DNA from: Anthoceros angustus | Lineage: Eukaryota; Plantae; Anthocerotophyta | Reading direction: 5' to 3' | Length of the DNA stretch: 64,000 bases | Assembly (NCBI GenBank): GCA_010909165.1 | Contig: MU008166.1 | Location: 1,488,001 to 1,552,000 of the forward strand | Program-made: the position numbers and the translations under genes | In this document: positions 56,605-64,000 of the stretch, piece by piece | How the letters are laid out: every line of letters begins with the position of its first letter | Position numbering within the stretch: the stretch's first letter is position 1 | The notes under the pieces: generated by a model | Told to the model about the DNA's origin: nothing | What the model saw: only the letters and a program-made list of their open reading frames with translations | Databases searched by the model: none

Positions 56605-57949
56605 TTGTAATCAAGGACAACCTAAGCAGCCGTGGACTGAGCGTCAGTCACCACCTAGGGCTCCCCGAACAACACGAAGCGGAAAGCGGCAGCTGAAGCC
56701 TCCAGCATCCAGCATCCAGCTGCCAGTGCAGAATTGATCATAAGAGAAACTTACCTCGACCGAACCCGGCCGACCGATTCCCCGCTCGCAAAAGCCAAAA
56801 TATCTGCCTCCAAAATACCAAAACCTGCCGACAGCCAACTCGTGCAGCTCAGTCCTCCATGTTCACGGTCAGCTCCGAATCAGCAGGCAGCGAGACTAGT
56901 GTGATCCAGCAGTGCAATACAGGCCTCCGTGCCACACACAAGCAAGCTAATTTCGTATCCACAGCCTCAGATCCAGGCGATTCCAGCACCAAGTCCCGAC
57001 CTCCGACTAAGCCAACACCGCTCAACACAGCATTCCCCGCTGCCTCGCAGCTCAGAGACAACAACGCCACCGACATCCCTAAAACCTGCGTTTCAAACCT
57101 TGAGCACGTACCGTGGTCTAGCAGCTACTGTCGCGACTGCCTCCTCGTGGTCCAGAAAGCCGCAGCCACCAGATGAAAAAGATGCGGTGCGTCGAGCTCC
57201 GCCACCGCTCGATCACCAGCTCCTTCCGCAGATGTTCCAGCAACAAAATAAGTCTGCACGGATCCTTATGGGCGGCGAGAAAGCAGAGGCAGAGGCAAGC
57301 AACTGCACCGAAGCGAAGCCACGCGCCGACGGTGGTCCTGAATTATGTTTAGAGAGAGTATGTTGGAATATACCTAACCAGTTGGGGTGTGGAATTTTGC
57401 GCACACATCTGTACAATTGGGGCGTGGAATTTGCGCACACATATATGCATATGCCAATTGGGGCGTGGAATTTGGCCACATTAGAAAGAGGATGCGAAAT
57501 ATAATACACATATATATACTATGTACTGGAAACGTGGAGGGTGGAAACCCAACCTGCCTGGTCCCAGACGTGGAAGCCGCGTGGCCCTCTGTTTACAACC
57601 ACACGTAGCCTTGCTTGACAACTTCCAACATTTGCGTCATGTCCGCTTGGAGCTTCCGGGTTGCAACATTCCAGCAGAGACAGACTGCCTCGAATCGGGC
57701 CAAGGCACCTGCAGCGCGTTATAACTTCAGCATACACTGTGCACTGCGGAAGAGGCAGTGAAGGAGAGCCGTGAGGGATAATCTCACCGACGGCAAAGAA
57801 ATTCAACACCCTATTCAATCCAAAACTACTTTGGGTAGTTGCGTCTCTGCGGCTGTACAAAATGCAAGATCCGAGGAATCAACTAAGCTACAAAACTGGA
57901 CAGACGATGCTGCCCAAACCGGAGAAGGCCCATGTCCATATTAGTCTAC

Positions 57950-59461
57950 CTACTCAAAAACAACTGCAGCGGGTCCCTTCTTTGACCCGCCGTTTCCAGC
58001 TTTCTCATCATCGTTATCTCGGAACCGCTTGTGCGAATTCCTCTTCCCTTGGTACCCGTTATCTTGCCGATCATCCTTGCCGTGAAACCCCCCTCTGAAT
58101 CCACCTCGCCCACCTCTGTACCCAGAATGGTGGCCACCCCTGCCTCCACGCCCTCTGTGGTCCCCTCTGCCTGCGAAATTCCGCCTTCTAAGTTGCCCTT
58201 CCCTGAGCTTCTTCCAATACTCCTTCTCCGCGTCTCCATCAACAGACTCCACTGTCATCAAGAAGCCCTTCAGTACTAGGCCACCCTCCTCTGCTATGAT
58301 AGCCGCTGTCCTAGCTTTCTGCGCTTCTTCGGGGCTCTCAAACCTGACAAACCCAGAAGTCGCGCCCCTAGTAAAATCGACGAATCTGACAACGCCGAAC
58401 TGCTCCATGGAAGCCTTGATGTCCTCGCGTGCCAAGCCGTTATCGCCGCTGCTTTTATCTCCCTCCTCCGACTTACTTGCAGCAGGAGCACCTTCCGCTG
58501 CACTGTCGGAGGAAACTCCCTCCGGCTTGCTTGCAGTAGGGGTACCTTCCGCTGCACTGCCGGAAGCATCACCTTCCTCCTCAACTGCAGCAGGAGCAGC
58601 GGCCTCCGATGCAATATCAGACCCTACGTCCTCCGCCTTGCTCGCATCAGGAGCGCTTTTGACTGCATCTCCCTCCGCCGGAACCTCTGCTGCATTTGCA
58701 TCACCGCTCTCCTGCGTCTCCGGATTTTCCTTATCTATCTCGGACAGATAGAAGGCGACAATAAGTCCCTGAGGATAAAACATCTCGCCTTCAGCCTCCG
58801 CTCTCTCCCGCTCCAACTTGGCCTCCTGCTCCAACCTCGCATCCCGCTCTGCATACAGCTTCTTCATCCGCTCATCGAACGCCACCTTCGGCTCCACCTC
58901 CAACTCCACACCAATTTCCTCATACAAAGGCGTCGACCCGATCAACTTCTTCGCCTCCTCCTCCGTCGCAAACTCGATCAACGCCGAGCCACAAAACACC
59001 TTCGCAACCGGGCTCCGCGGCAACCTAACACTATTCACCTTCCCAAACGCAGCAAAGAAAGACTCCACCATCTCCAAGGTGGTGTCATAGGGCAAGGGCC
59101 CGGCAGCCACAGTCCTGGCATCAACCTCCGCCTGCACAACCTCCGGCCTCTCCAAATTCTCCAGCCTTCCCACTCTCAATCCATCCTCCGACAAACGCAA
59201 CAAGGCCGACTTCCTCAGAACCTCGGCAACTCCCTGCGTGATGTCCCCAGTCACAGCCTCCAGTCCATGCTCCTTCAGACCTAAATGACTCCGCATTCTG
59301 GAGAAAGAGCACACCACCTGGAGACTGACCAGTCCATCGTCGCTCGTCTCAATGGACTTCAACAAAAACTTGTCCCGGGGAAGATTGCTGTCGCTGAAGT
59401 AGAACTCCACCTGCCTCAGGATCTTGGCCGCCGTGTCCTCGCTGAAGTCCAGAGGTGCCAT
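57950..59461 (-). CDS. La1: La/SSB RNA-binding protein (La motif, RRM1, RRM2), intronless CDS, 503 aa
   Basis: KILRQVEFYFSDSNLPRDKFL (La motif), VNSVRLPR..FCGSALIEF (RRM1), VRFVDFTRGATSGFVRFE..EGDAEKEYW (RRM2), RGG-rich tail. First ATG is at 59461. Confidence 0.96.
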   Translation of the reverse strand: MAPLDFSEDTAAKILRQVEFYFSDSNLPRDKFLLKSIETSDDGLVSLQVVCSFSRMRSHLGLKEHGLEAVTGDITQGVAEVLRKSALLRLSEDGLRVGRLENLERPEVVQAEVDARTVAAGPLPYDTTLEMVESFFAAFGKVNSVRLPRSPVAKVFCGSALIEFATEEEAKKLIGSTPLYEEIGVELEVEPKVAFDERMKKLYAERDARLEQEAKLERERAEAEGEMFYPQGLIVAFYLSEIDKENPETQESGDANAAEVPAEGDAVKSAPDASKAEDVGSDIASEAAAPAAVEEEGDASGSAAEGTPTASKPEGVSSDSAAEGAPAASKSEEGDKSSGDNGLAREDIKASMEQFGVVRFVDFTRGATSGFVRFESPEEAQKARTAAIIAEEGGLVLKGFLMTVESVDGDAEKEYWKKLREGQLRRRNFAGRGDHRGRGGRGGHHSGYRGGRGGFRGGFHGKDDRQDNGYQGKRNSHKRFRDNDDEKAGNGGSKKGPAAVVFE

Positions 59462-59805
59462 CTCCACGCCACAGAAATTCCAGAATCCTTTCACGCTCTC
59501 CTTCTCCAAAATTGATGTGATCCAGTCGTGAATTCCGCTTGACACTCGACCGCTCTGGCCTGCCAACAGCAGCTCAGAGCATCCCGAGCCCTAGCAGCTT
59601 GACCTAATCCGATGACCGCTCAACGGTCACCGGAATAAACGGTGCCCGGTGGTAGGGAAGCGCTCACATGCAAATCTCAAATAGCGTGCATACATACATA
59701 TATGGAAGCTTCCATGCAGCACGAGATATCTGCCCACAGTATTTCATTGTTGTCCGGTTTTTACGATGAGGAGCCCCGCCTATTCTTGGCGGCCTGAGCG
59801 GGGCC

Positions 59806-61444
59806 ATGACATTTGAGCGAGGCAATTTCGAGGAGAATGCGATCATGCGAGAGCGTCTGCAGATCCGGAATCGAGACGTATGCAATTCTGCGCAGGGCGG
59901 GATTCGAATGATCAGCGGTGGAGCTGGCCATGAGGATGGGACGGCCAGGAGCATGGTAGTTGGGAGTGGAGCAAGCTCGGGGCTCCAGCATCGGGGGCAT
60001 GACACGAAATTGTGCTTCTCACGGCCGGATGCCGAATGTGGAGAAGAAATTGCCGTTCTGGATGAGAAGGAAATTAGGAGGATCAAGAGAAACAAGGCCA
60101 TCAAGACTTCCAAGCATCTGTTTGCGGGCGCGATGTCGGCTATAGTTTCCAGGTTTGGATTCTGCGGGCACAATTCTGGGGTGGGGGGGGCTGATGTGCT
60201 GTTTCAGGGGTTGGATTGGCTTTTAGGTTTCGGATTTAGATACGGGGTGTGTGTATGAGTTGATTATGTTCGGGTTGCGGTGATAACCTTGGCTGGCGTT
60301 ATTTTTGGTTGCCTGATCATGCAGTGCTGCTTTGCAGAACTGTTGTTGCTCCGTTAGAGCGTCTTAAGCTCGAGTACATTGTTCGTGGGACAACCAAAAA
60401 TGTGCTAGTTACAGTTCAAGACATTTTGTGTGATGAGGGCTTGAGAGGGTTTTGGAAAGGCAATGTCGTCAATCTGATTCGAACTGCACCCTTCAAATCA
60501 GTGAATTTTTTCGCTTACGACACTTATCGGAAGCAATGGCTGCTGTTGATGGGCAAGAAGGAGGTGTCAAATTTTGAGAAGCTTTGTGCAGGGGCAGCGG
60601 CAGGGATAACAGCTACTCTCATCTGTTTCCCCATGGATACTGTATGTTTTTTGTATACCCTCTCGTTGTGTGCTTCGGATTTGGTTCTTGTGTATGTCAA
60701 GCATGGATTGATTGTGCGGTGATATGTGATAGACCTGCAAGAACCATTTTGTATAAATAAGCTGCTAAAATGTTGCTTGCAGATCCGAACGAGAATGGTG
60801 GCTCCAGGAGGGGAAAAATTGGGCGGTATAATTGGATGTGCCTCCCAGATGATCCGGAACGAGGGCTTTACTTCTCTGTATAAGGGTCTGTTGCCAGCTG
60901 TTGTCAGTATGGCTCCTTCTGGTGCTGTATTCTATGGAGTATACGATATCTTGAAGACAAACTATTTGAAGTCACCCAAGGGACAGAGGGACACCAAGGA
61001 ACGACTTGAACGGGAGAAGCAATTCCGTCTGTCCAGTCCAGGAGGGTCAGACCCGATGAGGACTTTGGAGATCGGGCCACTGAGAACACTGTTGTTTGGA
61101 GCTATAGCTGGGGCATGTGCTGAGACAGCAACCTACCCTTTTGAAGTTGTACGACGCCAATTGCAAATGCAGGAGGCTGCTACAAAGCTTGGCATCATAG
61201 GGACGACCCGTGCGATTGTGGAAAGAGGGGGAGTGGGTGCTCTGTATGCTGGTCTCCTGCCCAGCACGTTTCAGGTTGGTTCTGTCCTCGGCTTCCGAAA
61301 ATGTCCTGTTTGCGGAACTCAGCCGTTGTGTGTGGTTGTGGGCTGAGCAGTTAACCGTACTGGGAATTCTTGCAGGTTCTTCCATCAGCTGCTCTGAGCT
61401 ACTTCGTGTACGAGACTATGAAGATCGTTCTACAGGTAGATTGA
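59806..61444 (+). CDS. Mitochondrial carrier family protein, adenine nucleotide transporter BTL2/BTL3-like
   Basis: KHLFAGAMSAIVSR|TVVAPLERLKLEYIVRG, FWKGNVVNLIRTAPFKS, AGAAAGITATLICFPMDT|IRTRMVAPGGE, TYPFEVVRRQLQMQ, Q|VLPSAALSYFVYETMKIVLQVD*. The true start may be 59702. Confidence 0.95.
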
Positions 61445-62497
61445 TGTGCTAGATGGAAGTAGTGTAAACGCTTACCAATGGGCGTCTTCCCCAGTAGCGC
61501 ATCTGACACGGTACAATTCTTGTGCTGCGTTAGCACGTGGAAATATTGATCCAAATGGACGCTTCTTTTGAGGACGAGGACTCCAGTCATTTTTTTTTAT
61601 TGGCCAACCACATTTTTTTAAAAGTTAGCAATCAAGTGCCACGGAATTTGAAATTTCCGCACAGCATAATAGGTTTAAACAGATGCAGTGTTCAAGATAA
61701 ATCGTAAAAAATTGTGGCCCTTAAATCGTGAATATTGTTCAGTCGTCCTGCAATCACTAGGAAGCAGTACACGTCCTTTTCCCCCATCCCTGTCCAGAAA
61801 CATGACCCACAGCTACTTCATCCAGCGTTTCCTTGCACCCCTTAACAGTGTTGGTGATCTTGAGATTCCGAGGAGCACATCGTCCGAAATTCGGGTTGCA
61901 GGCCTGTGCTTTAGCAGTTATCTCACGTTAACCGTGAGCTCACCTCGTCTCCACAATCCTCTCGTCCTTGCCACTGAGAGGAGAACTAGGAGCAGTAGAC
62001 CATCGCCTTCCACACTAAGCAAGTGAGTGCTCTGCGCCAACAAGTGCGACTGTTACAACATTTCTACACGGCACTAAAAGAACGTGCTTGCTTAAAGAGG
62101 AGATAACCTCAGGAGCGTACTTGCTCTGTGCCTGAAGATCCATAATATGCGGCCCGAATGTGCTCCACTCCATCCTGCGCGTTGTCAACATCGTGGAAGT
62201 CCAATTGCATGGAAGCAGATGTTCCGTTACTGCAGCTCAGGTGTGAGGCCATCTGCCGAGGACTGTGACCATCCGTCAGCGCATTCCCCGAAGCCCTGTT
62301 AGGTCATCGAGCACAACAGAGCAACGGCTCCCGGTGAGTCAGCTGCAGATCCTGCACGCTCGTCCTCCTGGCTTGCGTCCTCGTGCGAGAGACTGCTCCG
62401 TGAAGATCTTCAAGAGTAACGGAGAATATCCCGCATCTGCTGAGAGGCCAACATCCTCTCTCATGCTTCCAGCGTCTCTTTCGAGACAGCAAAGCAG

Positions 62498-63528
62498 CTA
62501 AGGGTGTATAGAAGGCTTGGTTGCCGGAGAGGCAGGAGGCCCTAGCGAGCTCGGCACAGGCATCGGCTCTCTGGCGGCGTACGGGCCCATGGGAACCGTA
62601 GGCGACGGAAGCATAGGCGAGCCGATGGCCACCACCGGCTGCCCGATCACCGTCGACTGCCCTGTAATAGGCCCCTGCTGCTGCATCATGGCGTCTCCAT
62701 TCGCCACGCTGGTGATGTCGTGAATACTGGTCCTCTTCCTCTCCTTGTTGATCGAGTTCAACCGAATGAAATACTTCTGCGCATGGCTCGCAACCTGCGT
62801 CGGCGTCCGGGACAGCACAAAGTTCCTCGATATATTCCTCCAATCTCCCTTCCCATACTTGTTCAACCCTAGCAGGAACAACCTGCTCAAACAAACACGG
62901 CAAGCAACACCAACACCAGCAGCTCATCAGACACATCCATCCATAGCACCAAAGTTGTCCCTCCCGCAGAGACCGGATCACACATATCAACTTCCACGCA
63001 CCGGTGCTCCTCCTCGCTCCAAGGAATGCCCTTGCGCCGCTCCTGCTCCGCGCTCTTCAAGCTCGGAGGCGGCTTGGGACTGCCTCCCACGATCCCCGCG
63101 GCCCCGGCCGGCTGCGAGGCCGCGAACCCGGGGCTCTTGTTGTTCTTGCTCCTCCCCTTGGGATCCACCGCGCCCGCCGCGGCCGCGGAATAGCTAGGGA
63201 TTGCAATCCTGCCCGCGGTGATGCTCTTCACATCCTCCACCAGCAAATCGTAGTGGCGCCGAATCTCCGCCGCGTCCTTCCCCGGCACCATCCCCGCCAC
63301 CTTCTCCCACCTCCCCTGCGTCCCCTCGCCATGCACGGTGAGCGCCTTCTCGAACAGCTTGTCCAGCTCCAGCGTCCACAGGCTGCTGCTCCTCTCCGCC
63401 TTCTCCACCCCGGCCGCCCCCGCCCCCGCGACGGCGGCAGGAGCAGGGGCCGCGCCGGAGGCAGGCGCCATACACATTGCGGTGGTGGCGCTGCTGGACA
63501 CAGCCGGCGCGGGAGAGCAGGCCGCCAT
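62498..63528 (-). CDS. SRM1: Two-SANT/MYB-domain transcription factor (SRM1/DIVARICATA-like), 2 exons
   Basis: [35 protein letters not shown]; [14 protein letters not shown]|[46 protein letters not shown]. Intron 62883-63001; ATG at 63528. Confidence 0.95.
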
Positions 63529-64000
63529 CGCGTCGCAGGAAGCTCCGGAGCGAGGGGTGGTAAAAGGCACTTGCACAGTGTGCCACGCTCTTTTTATACC
63601 CTCCCAAAATTCGAGACGTTACCAAAACCCATTGCACTATTTTCGCCTAATCCACATATCCATTCCCTATAACATCCCTTTTCACCCTCATACTGTGCAT
63701 AACATAAGACGTGGGCCCTTTTTGCGCGGCCTGTGTGTGGCCGTGGGGGTACTTTGCCGGAAATATCTACAAGCCGGGCCGTTTCCTCTAGCAACACCCG
63801 GATTGGCGAGTCCGGCTACGTCTTTCCAAGCGCTGCACTTTCTGACTTGTTAGTCAAAGGAGATGCCAATTGACAATTCTCTTTTATAATTAAATTTTAT
63901 CAATCAAATATTTTCTCATTCGCCAGGATTGCTGGCCGAGGTCCAGGAAGAAAGGAGGGGCACCCACCCATATATGCCCTCTTTAATCTATTGCTCGGAC

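Noticed and set aside
59462-59566. 35-aa N-terminal extension of La in the ORF track
   Set aside because: It starts at a non-ATG codon; the first ATG (59461) lies directly before the La motif, as in homologs.
62304-63672. Large overlapping ORFs (228, 222, 171, 147 aa) around the MYB gene
   Set aside because: Shadow frames of the GC-rich MYB coding sequence.

Overview
Eukaryotic nuclear DNA from a land plant with a compact genome (GT-AG introns mostly ~70-130 bp). It is most likely a non-seed plant; a hornwort is plausible but this is inference. 1-26 kb: a cluster of three multi-exon LRR receptor-like kinases (RD kinases with a [10 protein letters not shown] activation loop) plus a decayed partial fourth copy, an MGDG synthase (MGD1) and a truncated LINE. 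Between two of the RLKs sits a 598-aa gene whose intronless first exon resembles a cyanobacterial-type Uma2/DUF820 (PD-(D/E)xK) domain fused to ankyrin-like repeats; this is the most novel item. 26-50 kb: a nested transposon island with two opposed copies of a long Athila/Tat-like gypsy LTR family (tRNA-Asp PBS, gag remnant), two copia gag-protease remnants, a CRE-like LINE fragment and a Tad1/I-like LINE with RNase H. A solo LTR with a perfect CCTAC target-site duplication splits a copia protease. Four tandem duplications, each with an indel-riddled second copy, look like long-read assembly artefacts. 50-64 kb: housekeeping genes CWC15, ferric reductase oxidase, cytochrome c and La (both with intronless CDS), a BTL-type mitochondrial carrier and an SRM1/DIVARICATA-like MYB. 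No rRNA, tRNA or CRISPR arrays were seen. Gene models were spliced by eye, and transposon boundaries are approximate.
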